A DNA stretch of 46,023 nucleotides from IMG/VR virus record IMGVR_UViG_3300049782_000037, positions 1-46,023 of that record; one strand, 5' to 3'. The notes beneath the pieces were generated by a model. The model did not search any database, was not told the DNA's origin, and worked only from the letters and a program-made list of their open reading frames with translations. This document shows, piece by piece, positions 35,022 to 45,199 of this stretch; within the stretch, counting starts at the first letter, position 1; each line of letters starts with the position of its first letter. Source of the stretch: a virus (taxonomy: Duplodnaviria; Caudoviricetes). A program made the translations under genes and the position numbers.

Positions 35022-35335
35022 GTAGGGCGCACCCGCTGCACGGTGTCCTGCGACTCGTTGCGAACCGCGACGTGCAGCAGCATGAGGCTGGTTGCGTCGC
35101 CGCCGGCCTCTACGAACGCGTCCCACTGGTCGCCGAGCAGGATGCGCGCGCCGGCCTGGTCGCCCTTGGCTTCGGCGAGCTGCTGCTGCATGTCGTCGGG
35201 GGTGAACAGCGGGTGCGGGAAGGTGAACACCTTCCCGTCGCCGACCTCGAACTCGACGTCCTCGCCGCCGACCGCGTCGGCGTACGACCGCCGGACCGTC
35301 TCCAGCCGGTACCGCTTGCCGTTGGGCTTGCTCAT
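35012..35335 (-). CDS. Tail assembly chaperone (G)
   Basis: Between major tail and tape measure genes; ARILLGDQWDAF..AGG. Confidence 0.85.
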   Translation of the reverse strand: MSKPNGKRYRLETVRRSYADAVGGEDVEFEVGDGKVFTFPHPLFTPDDMQQQLAEAKGDQAGARILLGDQWDAFVEAGGDATSLMLLHVAVRNESQDTVQRVRPTKG

Positions 35336-35439
35336 GATCGTGTCTCGCTTCCTCGGGTGAGCAGTGGGTGAGCATGCACGAGGGCGAGGGGCGGTCGGGG
35401 CTCACCCAGAACCGCCGCCCCCCGCCCGATCAGGGGGTG

Positions 35440-36081
35440 TTACGGGGTGGTGTCGAACGCCCGCCAGCCGGGCCCGTCGATCCAGTTGCGGCAGGCGGTG
35501 CCGAGCACGCTGTCGCGGTACGCGTTGAAGGTGACCGGCCGCTGCGTCTCGGTGCTGCGCGCCCACTGCTCGTCGTCCCGCGAGGTCAGCCGCGCCCGCG
35601 GGAAGAACTTGACGTGGTAAATCTCCTGACCGCTGTCGTTGTAGTCGAGGCCGATGAACAGCAGCCGCCTGTACGGGTTCCGCGGCGCCGACGCCCGGTC
35701 CCACTGCCACGCCGCGCCGATCGCGGGCAGCGCACCCGTCCCGGACAGCGGCAACCCTTCGTACAGGGCGAGCGTCGCGGCGTTCGTCTCCTGCGGCGCG
35801 AACTGCGCGCTCAGCACGTCGGATTCGACGTCGGACCGGGTGGGCTCGGTGGCCTGCGACGAGGTGACGTCGGCCATCGACAGATCGGACGTGAACGTCA
35901 CGCCATCGTCGGTGGTGTAGCCGACCGGCACGTACGCGGCCGGGATCGTGGCGAGGGTGCCGTCGAGCGCGACGAACGGCGCGCTGATCGCCGCGGCGCT
36001 GTAGTCGGCAGCGAAGATCGCTTGCACCAGCTGCTTGCGGATGTACTCGGTGTGCAGACCGGTCTCGATCGGTGTGCTCAT
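35440..36081 (-). CDS. Major tail protein
   Basis: VGYTTDDGVTF motif; SD GGAGG; position. Confidence 0.85.
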   Translation of the reverse strand: MSTPIETGLHTEYIRKQLVQAIFAADYSAAAISAPFVALDGTLATIPAAYVPVGYTTDDGVTFTSDLSMADVTSSQATEPTRSDVESDVLSAQFAPQETNAATLALYEGLPLSGTGALPAIGAAWQWDRASAPRNPYRRLLFIGLDYNDSGQEIYHVKFFPRARLTSRDDEQWARSTETQRPVTFNAYRDSVLGTACRNWIDGPGWRAFDTTP

Positions 36082-36160
36082 GCTGGGGTGTCCCTCCGTG
36101 GGAAACCCCCGGCCGCGAGCGGTCCGGGGGCGTGAACTCTGGTGGCGGGTGAGCCGATGA

Positions 36161-36568
36161 TCAGGGGGTGTCGAGTGCCTTCCCGCGCAGCGACACCTCG
36201 ACGGCGAACGCCGCCCGCGGCTGCCCCGACTCGGGGTCGGGCAGCGTGGTCGGTCCACCGACCTCGACGACGTCGTACGCGACGACACCCCGGTATCCGG
36301 GCATCGCAAACACCAGCGCCCGCACGAGCGTGACCAGGTCGGCGAGCACGTCCTCGTCGTCGGCCCAACACGACACGTCGATCCGCGGCCGGTCCGTGAT
36401 CCGATCCAGCCGCGTACCGCCCACACGCTCCAGCCGGACGAACCGCGCCGGCCTCGGGGTCGGCACCCGCGTGCGTACGGGCACGTCCTCGCCGCGGTCG
36501 ACGAGCGCGTCGCGCAGGTACGCCCGCACGACCGCGACGCCGTCCGGGAACCCGACGGGCGCGGCCAT
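36161..36568 (-). CDS. Tail terminator
   Basis: VP.PRP.RFV...RVGG, PDP.SGQPR; precedes the major tail gene. Confidence 0.8.
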   Translation of the reverse strand: MAAPVGFPDGVAVVRAYLRDALVDRGEDVPVRTRVPTPRPARFVRLERVGGTRLDRITDRPRIDVSCWADDEDVLADLVTLVRALVFAMPGYRGVVAYDVVEVGGPTTLPDPESGQPRAAFAVEVSLRGKALDTP

Positions 36569-36837
36569 TACTCGGCCGCCCGTGCGGCGTCGAGGGCGCG
36601 CAGCAGCGCCCGCCGTGACTTCTCCGGGTCGCGGGTCGAGTAGTCGCCGATCACAGCGCCGCGCACCCGCCGCTCGCCGACCTCGACGTCGACCCGGAAC
36701 ACCCCGTCGGCCTCGGACGCCTCGGCGGCCGCCTCGGCGACCGCCCGCGTCTTCCGCTCGATCAGCGCCTGCGTCTCCGGGCTGCGCAGGAACGAGGCGA
36801 CGCCGCGCCGGTTCACGCTTACTCGGGTACGTCCCAT
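36568..36837 (-). CDS. Neck/tail completion protein
   Basis: N.RG...FLRS....RALLRALDA; position. Confidence 0.7.
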   Translation of the reverse strand: MGRTRVSVNRRGVASFLRSPETQALIERKTRAVAEAAAEASEADGVFRVDVEVGERRVRGAVIGDYSTRDPEKSRRALLRALDAARAAE

Positions 36838-36839
36838 GC

Positions 36840-37199
36840 TCACCCCTCCACCGACCGGAGCCGGATCTCGTAGTGGTGCAACTCGGCCGGCGTGTACGCC
36901 GGTCCGGGCGGGCCGATCACCTCGAACCGCAGCGCGCCCCAGTGCACGCGGTCGGCGCCGTACACCGTGAGCGGGTCGCCGCCGGCCGTGACCGGGTTGC
37001 ACAGCATGAGCCACTCGCCGATCTGCGCGTCGCGCTGGTCGGTGTCCTCGGCGCTGGTGTTCTGCTGCAGCCACGCATTCACGGGCGCCCGCGTCGACGT
37101 CGACCAATCGACGACGGTGTTCTCGTACCGATCCGTGCGCGTGCCCGGATGCTCGACCTCGACCAGGTGCGGCAGCAGCGACTCGTCGATCACAGCCAC
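36840..37199 (-). CDS. Head-to-tail stopper
   Basis: D.Y.N...DW, DRV.W....FEV.G.P, HH.E..L..VEG. Confidence 0.8.
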   Translation of the reverse strand: MAVIDESLLPHLVEVEHPGTRTDRYENTVVDWSTSTRAPVNAWLQQNTSAEDTDQRDAQIGEWLMLCNPVTAGGDPLTVYGADRVHWGALRFEVIGPPGPAYTPAELHHYEIRLRSVEG

Positions 37200-37603
37200 C
37201 GCCCGTAGTCCGCCGGGTCGAGCGTCCAGCCCGGCATCCCCGAGTCGGCGAGACCGACCGTGTACGCCGCGTCGGCGCTCGGGTCGGTAGCGTCCTCGGG
37301 CTGCAGCTGCGCGATCTCCTCGTCGGTGAGGTACAGCCCGCCGTCCTCGCCGAGGGTCTCGCTGTACTGGCCGATGGTGCGCTGCCTGTAGCCGCCCGGA
37401 TTGGCCATGACCCGCCGCACGACCGACACGGCGATCGCCCGCAGCGTCGCCGGGTCCGGCTCGTGCCCGGCCGGGATGTGCCGCCGCATGAGCGCCGACG
37501 CGTCGTCGAGGTACGCCTCGACCTGCCGTCGTTTCGGGCTGCCCTCGGGGAGGGTGACGGCGACGCGATCCGTGTAGTCCGTGACCGTCGCGAACGCCGC
37601 CAT
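37190..37603 (-). CDS. Head-to-tail adaptor
   Basis: FATV.D...LDDAS.L.R...V.RV..NP.G....T.G.YS...GLYLT..E. Confidence 0.82.
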   Translation of the reverse strand: MAAFATVTDYTDRVAVTLPEGSPKRRQVEAYLDDASALMRRHIPAGHEPDPATLRAIAVSVVRRVMANPGGYRQRTIGQYSETLGEDGGLYLTDEEIAQLQPEDATDPSADAAYTVGLADSGMPGWTLDPADYGRWL

Positions 37604-37607
37604 GCGC

Positions 37608-37967
37608 CTACTCCCTCGGCTGCTCGGGCTCGACGACGCCGGCCGCCTCGCACGCCGCGATGATGTCGTCGCGGGTCGCGTCGGGGGCGACCTCGACGCC
37701 GTTCTGCTCGGCGAACGTGCGCCACGCCTCGACACCCGAGCCGCGGCCGGTGCGCGGCGGCGCCTTGTCCGCCGAGCCGGGCGACCGCTGCGCGCGCGGG
37801 TCCTCAAACCCGACGTTTCCGGGCTCGCGGCTGTCGCCGTCGCCCTGGTCGCTGTCGTCGACCCACGCGTGATCGCCGATGCGCTCGGCGACCTCGGGCG
37901 GAACCTCGCTGTCGGGGCCGTACGCGACGCCGTCGACGTGCACGAACGTGCTCAGCCTGCGCGCCAT
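37608..37967 (-). CDS. Capsid-associated small protein
   Basis: Coupled to the capsid stop; PP..G.GSG.EAW..FA...ATRDDIIAA C-domain. Confidence 0.7.
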   Translation of the reverse strand: MARRLSTFVHVDGVAYGPDSEVPPEVAERIGDHAWVDDSDQGDGDSREPGNVGFEDPRAQRSPGSADKAPPRTGRGSGVEAWRTFAEQNGVEVAPDATRDDIIAACEAAGVVEPEQPRE

Positions 37968-39022
37968 CAGCGCACCACCGCCTTGAAGGTCAGGTTCGGC
38001 GTGCGCAGCACCGGCATGCCGATTGCCGCGACATGCGTCCACAGCCGAATCGGATTCTTCGTCTTGTACGTCGCCGCGACGACGCCGGCCCGACCGTCGA
38101 CCGCCGCGTACTCCGGTTCGAGGGACTCGGCGGTCGTGCCGAGCAGGAACCCGCCGAGGTCGGTCGGCTGCGCCGAGGTGGTCGGGCCCGGCGCGGGCAC
38201 GAACACGATGGCGTTCGCCGGCAGGATGCGCGTCGCGACGCCGTCGACGGACACCCGCGCGTCGTTGATCTCGATGGGCGGCAGGTCCATCGACGCCAGA
38301 ACGGTGTTGATCTGCTCGACCGACACCATCGGCGCCGACCCGGCCGGCGCGAGCGGGTACACCTGCCGTACGACCTGGTCGCACTGCCGCATGTCCGCCA
38401 GCACCGTGCGCGGCATCAGCATGCGGTCGGGCGGGGTGCCGTTGGTGTCGATGTACGTCTGCACCCACGACTCCAGGTCGGTCAGAGGCTTCGCGTTGGC
38501 GTGGTCCGTCCACAACACGGCGGCCGTCACGGAGTGCTCGGGCTTGCGGCCGAAGTCGACCGGCGGCAGCGTGAGCCCGTTCTCGTTGATCGTGAACCGG
38601 GCATCGGCAAGCGCCTCGCCCTTGCCGACCTCGAACCGGGCCGCGATCTTCGCGGCGAGCCGGTTCGCGTCCCGCGCGATCAGGCGGCGCATGGGGTTGT
38701 TGTCGTCCATGTTCCGCACGCGCAGTGAGTCGTACTCGTTGAGCGGGATCGCCTCGGAGATCGGGGGCAGCTCGCCCATGACGTCCGAGACGCCCTCGCG
38801 CCGGCCGATCCTCGACTCGGCGTCCCATGACCGGTACACCGCGGTCTCGGTGAGACCGCCCTCGCCGCCCTTGCTGTACCGGTACGTGATGTCGTCCATC
38901 TCGACGTTGGGCAGCCACCGCGACAGCGTGAACGCGTTGACCTGCTGTTCGGCGAGCGCTACCCGCGTGAGCGGGGTGAGTTCCTCGGGAGCGATGTACG
39001 TGTCGTCGAAAACCCAGCTCAT
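37967..39022 (-). CDS. Major capsid protein (lambda gpE-like)
   Basis: 351 aa after the decoration gene; VDFG, P..DL..W, AIGMPVL..P. Confidence 0.88.
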   Translation of the reverse strand: MSWVFDDTYIAPEELTPLTRVALAEQQVNAFTLSRWLPNVEMDDITYRYSKGGEGGLTETAVYRSWDAESRIGRREGVSDVMGELPPISEAIPLNEYDSLRVRNMDDNNPMRRLIARDANRLAAKIAARFEVGKGEALADARFTINENGLTLPPVDFGRKPEHSVTAAVLWTDHANAKPLTDLESWVQTYIDTNGTPPDRMLMPRTVLADMRQCDQVVRQVYPLAPAGSAPMVSVEQINTVLASMDLPPIEINDARVSVDGVATRILPANAIVFVPAPGPTTSAQPTDLGGFLLGTTAESLEPEYAAVDGRAGVVAATYKTKNPIRLWTHVAAIGMPVLRTPNLTFKAVVR

Positions 39023-39037
39023 CTAGGTCACGTCCTC

Positions 39038-39430
39038 TCAGATGAACCGGATACGGCCGGCGACGTCGGCCTGCCCGGCGGCGTCGACGGCGCCCAGCGG
39101 CAGGCGCGCGGTGCGCACCTTGCCGTGCACGAACAGGGCGGCGCCGACGTCGATCGTGTTGTCGGTGGGGGCGCCGACGGCGGCGAACAGGAACCCTTCG
39201 AGGGTCTGCCGGCCGTCGGCCGCGGCGTTGTCGTAGGGGCCCATCTTGCCCGTGGCGGTGATGCGGCCGAGCGGGATGCCGCTCTTGAAAAACCCCTGGG
39301 GGTAGTGGGTTGCCGGGGTGAACGTCGAGGTGTCGAGGGTGCACGACTCGGTCGCCTGCGTACCGTGCTCGCTGCCGAGCCACGACTGATCGTCCATCCC
39401 GAACGTGCGAACCGTCTGCTGCAGGTTCAT
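39038..39430 (-). CDS. Head decoration protein
   Basis: SGIPLG.ITATG..GPYD.AA.DGRQ...GFL...HG.V...RLP. Confidence 0.82.
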   Translation of the reverse strand: MNLQQTVRTFGMDDQSWLGSEHGTQATESCTLDTSTFTPATHYPQGFFKSGIPLGRITATGKMGPYDNAAADGRQTLEGFLFAAVGAPTDNTIDVGAALFVHGKVRTARLPLGAVDAAGQADVAGRIRFI

Positions 39431-39447
39431 GTTCGGTTACTCCTTGG

Positions 39448-40206
39448 TCAGTTGTTCGCGGTGCTGCGGCGCGGGCCGATGAGTTCCTCGTAGAGAGCAA
39501 CCCCGTCCGCCGCCGCGCCCCGCTTGGTGTCCTTGCTGCGGCCGCTGCCGTTGCGTGCGCCCTGGTAGCCGCGCCCCTGCCGACGACGGCGGCGCGTGTC
39601 GCGCTCGTCCTGGTCGTCGTCCTCGTCCGTGTCGGACTTGGGGGCGATCTTGTCGACGAGCGCGGTGATCGCGTCGTCGTCGACTTCGCCCGTCTCCGGG
39701 TCAACGTACTTGCGCAAGTTCAGCTCGTCGGCGACGTCCCTCGGGCTGTCGATCCGCCCTTTCGCCGCTGCGAGAAACGCCGACCGGGCCACCCGCTCGC
39801 CGGCCTTGACGCGTTCCTCGGCGCGGGCGGCGGCGACCGCCTCATCGACGCGCTTCTCGACCTCGCTCATTCCCTCGCGCTTGAGCTGCGCGAGTTCCTT
39901 CGCGGCGGCAGCGTTGCCCTTCGCACGCTCCTGCCACTTACGCATCAGCGCCTTGTACTTCTCCGCCTCGGCCTTGTGGTCGGTCGTGTCGTCGCCCTTG
40001 CCGTCGCCGTCGCCGTCGTCGTCCGTGTCGGACTCGTCGTCGGCGTCGTCGTCCTGGTCGCCCTTGTCGTCGTCGCCGCCGTCGTCCGGGGCGCCGCCCA
40101 GGATCGGCCATACCGGCTGCGGTCCGTTCTCGCCGGGGCGCGGCCGGCGCCAGCCGAGGGCGAGCAGCCCGGTACGGGCGTGACGAGGCAGAGTGCGCGC
40201 GTGCAT
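39448..40206 (-). CDS. Capsid scaffolding protein
   Basis: Acidic N-region, KYKAL.RKWQERAK.N coiled coil; position. Confidence 0.85.
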   Translation of the reverse strand: MHARTLPRHARTGLLALGWRRPRPGENGPQPVWPILGGAPDDGGDDDKGDQDDDADDESDTDDDGDGDGKGDDTTDHKAEAEKYKALMRKWQERAKGNAAAAKELAQLKREGMSEVEKRVDEAVAAARAEERVKAGERVARSAFLAAAKGRIDSPRDVADELNLRKYVDPETGEVDDDAITALVDKIAPKSDTDEDDDQDERDTRRRRRQGRGYQGARNGSGRSKDTKRGAAADGVALYEELIGPRRSTANN

Positions 40207-40266
40207 GGTGATCTCCCGTGTCGGGGTGGGGTGAGCGTGTATAGGTGCGCCGTGCCGGCGCGGGGA

Positions 40267-41073
40267 TCACGGGCTCGGTACGTCGTCCGGCCCGGTGAAC
40301 TCGTGACGTCGCACGGCGAGCAGCGGCCCGTACTCGCCGTGCTCCCGAGTGACGATGACCTGCCGATAGTCGGGTGCGCGGCCCCCGGCGTCCGCCTTCC
40401 CGACGCCCTGCGCGACCGCGGCGTGCGCCTCGCGCAGCAGCGACTCGTCGATGATCTGCCCCGGATCACGGTCGCCGGGGATCGGCTCGGGCTCGCAGTG
40501 ACAGCCGGGGTGAATCGGCATCAGGTTCTCGACCCGGTACCGCTGCGTACTGGCGATCACGCACAGCGCGCAGTTCTTCGAGCCGGACAGCCGGCGCCGG
40601 AAGAACCGCGCGCCGTTGCGCTGCATGGACTGCCGGGCGGCATGCGTCCGGGCGAGCTGCAGGTCGGTCTCGGTGATGCTGAGCAGCCGGTTCCGCCCCT
40701 GCCCGACCGCGTCGGCGAGATCGTGACCGGCCGCGAGCGCCGAGTACACCGACACGAACGGCCGGCGATACACCTCGTCGGGCGGCACGCCGCGCAAATC
40801 CTCGGCAAGCTGCACACCGGCCGGGGCCGCGGCCCCGTCCATCATGTCCGCAATCACCGCCGTCAGATACGCGTCGGTGACCTGCCCCATGGTCTGCTGC
40901 GCCGCGAGCACAACCGGCACGACCCGGTCGAGGAACTCGTCGGCGTCGCCGTCCCGGTACGAGGACAGGGAATCGAACGCCGACAGCACGAACGTGATCA
41001 GCCGGTCGCGCAGGCTCATCGACAGGGCGTGATACCGCTCGGCGAGCGCCGCCTGCAGGGCGGGATCAGGCAT
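40267..41073 (-). CDS. MuF-like head morphogenesis protein (often annotated capsid maturation protease)
   Basis: NCALC..AS...Y......HPGCHC after the portal. Confidence 0.75.
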   Translation of the reverse strand: MPDPALQAALAERYHALSMSLRDRLITFVLSAFDSLSSYRDGDADEFLDRVVPVVLAAQQTMGQVTDAYLTAVIADMMDGAAAPAGVQLAEDLRGVPPDEVYRRPFVSVYSALAAGHDLADAVGQGRNRLLSITETDLQLARTHAARQSMQRNGARFFRRRLSGSKNCALCVIASTQRYRVENLMPIHPGCHCEPEPIPGDRDPGQIIDESLLREAHAAVAQGVGKADAGGRAPDYRQVIVTREHGEYGPLLAVRRHEFTGPDDVPSP

Positions 41074-42493
41074 CGCCGGCCCCCGAGTCCGGGAGCGTGT
41101 TGCCCGCTGTCGGCGCCGGGTTCGCCGGCAGCAGCGACGCGGCGAGCAGCTGCTGCGCTGCGGCGCCCGCGCTGATCCGGCGCACCCGCTCGGGCGTCTC
41201 GTCGAGGTCCTCGGCGATCACGTCCAGCGGATACCCAATCGACTTGAGCTTGGTCGCGGCGTCCGCCCGGACCGCAGGCGACAGGTACTCGGGCCGCGCC
41301 CAACGCACGGTCGCTTCGGTGTAGTCCGCCTCGACGCCGGCCTGCGCCGCGGCGAGCGCGAACACGTCCTCAAGCCCTTCGCCGAAACTCAAAATGTGCT
41401 CGCGGCACTTGGCGACGTGCAGGAGATCGAGCGCGGCGATCGTGTCGGCGCTGATGTTGATCAGGTCGCCGGCGTAGTAGTACGCGGGTGTCTGGCTGAT
41501 CACCAGCATGTCCCGCACATCGGCCGCGTGTTCTTCGAGGAACGGACGCAGATCAGTCGCGTCGAGCTGGCCGAAACGCGCCTCGGGCCCCTCGGACACC
41601 CACACGTTGTTGGGGCCGGGCACGAACGGCTGCTCGACGACCTCGATCTGCCCGCGCGAGTTCCGGCGCTTCTCGAACTTGTGGCCGGTGACGGTTTTCT
41701 GCCTGAATCCGGAGTACCGCGACGCGGCCATGCGGTTCAGGATCCCCATGTTCGTGCGGTCCTGAATGTCGACAACGCACGCGAACTCGGGCTCGGGGTC
41801 CTCGCCGAGGTCGGGCATGCGCGCGAACTCGACCAGCGGCATGCGGCCGAGGTCGTGCGGCACGCCGTCGTCGAGCGGCTCCCACGAGTCCGGGCCCCAC
41901 GGCAGCCGGTTCGGGGTGCACCGCTCACGCGTCTTGTACGCGTAAATCTCGGTGTCGTACAGGACGTACGCGTATCCATAGCCGTCGAGGTCGCTGTGCA
42001 ATGCCTTGATGCCGGCGACCGGCTCGCCCGTCTCCGGGTCCCGCTCGACGATGGCCTCGCGCGGGTGCTCGGCCGTGATCAGCGGCGAGGGGCGACCGTT
42101 GGGCTCGGTGCGGGTGGGGTGCTCGCCGACGAGCATGTAGCCGACGCTCTGCGACATGGCCACCCGCCACACCTGTTTCTGCCTGCTGTCGAGCCGGTTG
42201 AGCTGCCACCAGCGGGCCGCGTCCGCGTCCGGTGCGCCGTCCGGGCCGGTCACGCCGAGGGCGCGCAGCCGGTGCACGGTGCTGTTCGCGATCACGCCGC
42301 AGAAATTCGTGCGGCTCTTGCGCTGGAAGTCGATGAACGCCTGCTCGGCCTTACGCGGCAGTTCGGGCAGTGGCGGCCGACCCCGGTAGTACCGCCACCA
42401 CTCGTCGAGCACGCCCTGCCGCTTGCGCAGCCGGCGGCCGAGCCGCAGCAGCATGAAATCGGGATTGTCGAGTTCCGGCGTCTCGTCGAGCAC
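41066..42493 (-). CDS. Portal protein (SPP1 gp6-like)
   Basis: RYYRG, NFC.VI.....RL, GRMPLVEF, F.Q.DATDL, NISAD; GTG with SD AGGAAGGGGG. Confidence 0.9.
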   Translation of the reverse strand: MLDETPELDNPDFMLLRLGRRLRKRQGVLDEWWRYYRGRPPLPELPRKAEQAFIDFQRKSRTNFCGVIANSTVHRLRALGVTGPDGAPDADAARWWQLNRLDSRQKQVWRVAMSQSVGYMLVGEHPTRTEPNGRPSPLITAEHPREAIVERDPETGEPVAGIKALHSDLDGYGYAYVLYDTEIYAYKTRERCTPNRLPWGPDSWEPLDDGVPHDLGRMPLVEFARMPDLGEDPEPEFACVVDIQDRTNMGILNRMAASRYSGFRQKTVTGHKFEKRRNSRGQIEVVEQPFVPGPNNVWVSEGPEARFGQLDATDLRPFLEEHAADVRDMLVISQTPAYYYAGDLINISADTIAALDLLHVAKCREHILSFGEGLEDVFALAAAQAGVEADYTEATVRWARPEYLSPAVRADAATKLKSIGYPLDVIAEDLDETPERVRRISAGAAAQQLLAASLLPANPAPTAGNTLPDSGAGDA

Positions 42494-42509
42494 GGTCGCC
42501 CCCTTCCTG

Positions 42510-44186
42510 TCAGAACGTGCCGCCGAACATTTCCTCGTCCTCGGCCGCGACGCCCTTCGCGATCGCGTCGAGCCGGCACTGCCACGCCAGCACCGCGGCG
42601 ACCGCCGCGTCGATCTTGTGCGGGCTGTCGGGGTGCGCCTTGCCGATCTGCAGTCCGCTGCGACTCGGCCGGCGGCGCGCGTTGCACAGATGCCGCACGA
42701 GCGCCGACGACCCATCGTGCGTCAACTCGCCCTCGACGAGCGCGGTATGAAACTTCTCCAGCGCCCGCACGATCAGCACCGACCGGCCGCCGGTCATCCA
42801 CCACTCGATCGGATGGTTCCGGGTCGCCTGCACCTGCAGCCGCGGCCCGTATGCCGCCTCCCAATCCGCGACGTGGGATTCCCACTTGGCGGGGTCGGCG
42901 TAGAACCCGACGACGTCGTACGTCGCGAACACCTCGGCGATCGTGGCGAGCACTTGCACGACCGGCACCTGCCACTCGACAGGCTTGCCGTCCGGGCCGA
43001 CCGGCAGCCGGTCGGGCTGCTCCCACACGCCGATCGTGAACAGGTGCCCGTCGGACAGCCTGCAGCCGATCAGCGCGGTCGCGTCCGTAACACCCCGCGC
43101 CCGCTTCCGCGAGCCATCGAACCCGAGCACGATCCGGTCGCCCGGCTGAACGGTCTTGCCGAGGTCGGACGAAGCGCGCACCTCGGGCTCGGTCAACCAT
43201 GCGTCACTGGCGTGCGTGATCTGGTTCAAGAGGTCGGCCCGCAGGTCCTGCGGGTCGTTCGACGTGTCCCAAAACTCGGCCGTCAGCCGCTCGATCGGCG
43301 ACCAGCCCGGCGCGCACGGCGGATCGTGCAGCACGCACCCGTCAGGGTGGTCACTGCTGTCGCCGTACGCGTACCGCAGACCGGCCACGATCGACCGCTC
43401 GTCGGTGATGTCCGTGTCCGGCGGCGCCTCACGGTGGTCGACCAGGATGCCGCGCGCCCGCGACCGGCCGTCGAGGATCGCCTGATAGTCCGCCGCGGAC
43501 TGCTCGGCGACGCTGCCCTCACCGGGCGTGAACGCGTTCGGCGTCTCGATCAGGCTGCCGCCCAACTTCGCGGCGTTGAACCGCATCACCTTCGCCAGGC
43601 GGACGCCGCCGTTCGACGCCTTCCACTCCTCGGTCTGGTCGAGCGACGCGAAGCACGCCGGGTCACCCTTCGCGCTCGTCGCCGACGACGTGATCGGGCT
43701 GATCTCGCCACGCGGCAGATAGATCACGGTGTCGAGGACGTCGAGCCCGTAGTCGGTCGACAGCGACCGGCCGCGCGCCATTTCCAGCAACGGAATCCAT
43801 GTGTTGTCGGTCTGATCCTCGGTCACCGCCGCGATACGCACGAGCGGCGTCCGGACCGAGTGCCACGGCCGGCCAACCGGCTCGCCGTCGGCGTCGAACC
43901 CGTCGGCGACGACGTCGGCGCACGCCTCGGCGAGCGCGATCGCCCCGACGAACGGGCTCTTGCCCCACCCGCGCGGCCGCGACAGCAGCGCCCGGTGAAT
44001 CACCCGCCGGCCAGTGACCGGGTGCACCTCGTAGTACCGCAGCAGGAAGTCGGCTTGCTCCTGCGTCGGCAGGAACGGCTCGCCGTCGTCCCGGCCGGGC
44101 TGCGCGAGATTGGCGATCATCCAGTCGAGGACGTACCAACCCAGCGTGGGGAACTCGCCATCGAACTGGGGGCCGCGCCACGGCAT
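42510..44186 (-). CDS. Terminase large subunit
   Basis: RPRGWGKSP Walker A, AAVTEDQT, LDQTE, GFDGS, KIDAAVA nuclease motifs. Confidence 0.95.
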   Translation of the reverse strand: MPWRGPQFDGEFPTLGWYVLDWMIANLAQPGRDDGEPFLPTQEQADFLLRYYEVHPVTGRRVIHRALLSRPRGWGKSPFVGAIALAEACADVVADGFDADGEPVGRPWHSVRTPLVRIAAVTEDQTDNTWIPLLEMARGRSLSTDYGLDVLDTVIYLPRGEISPITSSATSAKGDPACFASLDQTEEWKASNGGVRLAKVMRFNAAKLGGSLIETPNAFTPGEGSVAEQSAADYQAILDGRSRARGILVDHREAPPDTDITDERSIVAGLRYAYGDSSDHPDGCVLHDPPCAPGWSPIERLTAEFWDTSNDPQDLRADLLNQITHASDAWLTEPEVRASSDLGKTVQPGDRIVLGFDGSRKRARGVTDATALIGCRLSDGHLFTIGVWEQPDRLPVGPDGKPVEWQVPVVQVLATIAEVFATYDVVGFYADPAKWESHVADWEAAYGPRLQVQATRNHPIEWWMTGGRSVLIVRALEKFHTALVEGELTHDGSSALVRHLCNARRRPSRSGLQIGKAHPDSPHKIDAAVAAVLAWQCRLDAIAKGVAAEDEEMFGGTF

Positions 44187-44198
44187 GACGCCCCCTCG

Positions 44199-44684
44199 CT
44201 AGCTTGTGCCTGGTGCGCTCTTTCCGCCTGGCAGCGACCGCAGGTTGCCGTACCGCTCGCGCGCGCTCGGCCCACCAGACCGGCCCCGGCCCTGGTCGGC
44301 GCCGTCCGCCTCGGCGAACACCATGCGCAGCCGCGCCCGGTCCGCCGGCGTCGCACCGAACGCAGCCACGCGCAGCCGCAACTCGGCCGCGGCCGACAGG
44401 TCACCCCGCCACAACCGGGCGTGAATCAGGGCGGTGTCGAGCAGGTACTGCCAATCGGACGACCCGAAGTGCTCGGCCTGCGGGCTGTCGATCCACATCT
44501 GCCACCACTCGCGGGTGCGCTCGGGCCACACGAACTCGTGCAGCTCGCCGTCGCGCTCGATCCGGAACTCGGGGAGTTCGGGCGCCTCGGCGTGCTCCCA
44601 CCTGAGCACGGTCTGCGGAACGGTGTCCTTGTTGCGGCGCTGCCTGCGGTTCGGGTCCTTCGGCGCCGGCCCGTTGCCCGCCAT
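44199..44684 (-). CDS. Terminase small subunit
   Basis: MAG.GPAPK...R.RRN, W..W..SP.A......W..L.D, ELRLR.A.FG.TP.DR.RLR. Confidence 0.88.
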   Translation of the reverse strand: MAGNGPAPKDPNRRQRRNKDTVPQTVLRWEHAEAPELPEFRIERDGELHEFVWPERTREWWQMWIDSPQAEHFGSSDWQYLLDTALIHARLWRGDLSAAAELRLRVAAFGATPADRARLRMVFAEADGADQGRGRSGGPSARERYGNLRSLPGGKSAPGTS

Positions 44685-45199
44685 CAGATCAACCCTTTCT
44701 CGAGCAGCACGGTCGCACACGAGGGGGCGTCGCGACGTACTAGCCACTCGGCCCGCTCAATGCCGCACTTCGAGCAGTGCAGCGGATCGCCGGGTCCCTG
44801 GTCGCCGAAGCGGTGCCCGCTCGCCCCGTCGATCTGAATCTGCATCGCGGCAGACACGATCGCCTTCCAGTTGCGCAACCGATCGAGCCCGAGCGCGTCG
44901 GTGATCTCGTCCATGCGGTCGACGAGTTCGAGCTGCTGAGCCTCGGTGAACACCTCGGCGACGAGTGCTCGCGGATCGGGCAGCGTCACATCGTTCGCCG
45001 GAATCTCGACCGTCTCGGGCGTGACGATCACGCCGCGCGCGCCGATCCGCTCGGCGACCTCATCCCAGTAGTCCCGCCCCGCGCCTTGATCCATGCCGAT
45101 GATCACGCGCTGCGGCACGGTCTCGTCGACGACGAGCACGAACGGCGGCCGCGAGTCGTCCGCCCCCTCGGGTAGTTCGAGGATCTGCAGGCGTGCCAT
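44684..45199 (-). CDS. Hypothetical protein
   Basis: MARLQILELP...PFVLVVD; SD GGGAGG; TGATG overlap with terS. Confidence 0.7.
   Translation of the reverse strand: MARLQILELPEGADDSRPPFVLVVDETVPQRVIIGMDQGAGRDYWDEVAERIGARGVIVTPETVEIPANDVTLPDPRALVAEVFTEAQQLELVDRMDEITDALGLDRLRNWKAIVSAAMQIQIDGASGHRFGDQGPGDPLHCSKCGIERAEWLVRRDAPSCATVLLEKGLI

Noticed and set aside
37608-39704. 698-aa ORF across the scaffold, decoration and capsid genes
   Set aside because: Off-frame high-GC shadow; only 37608..37967 looks like a real protein.
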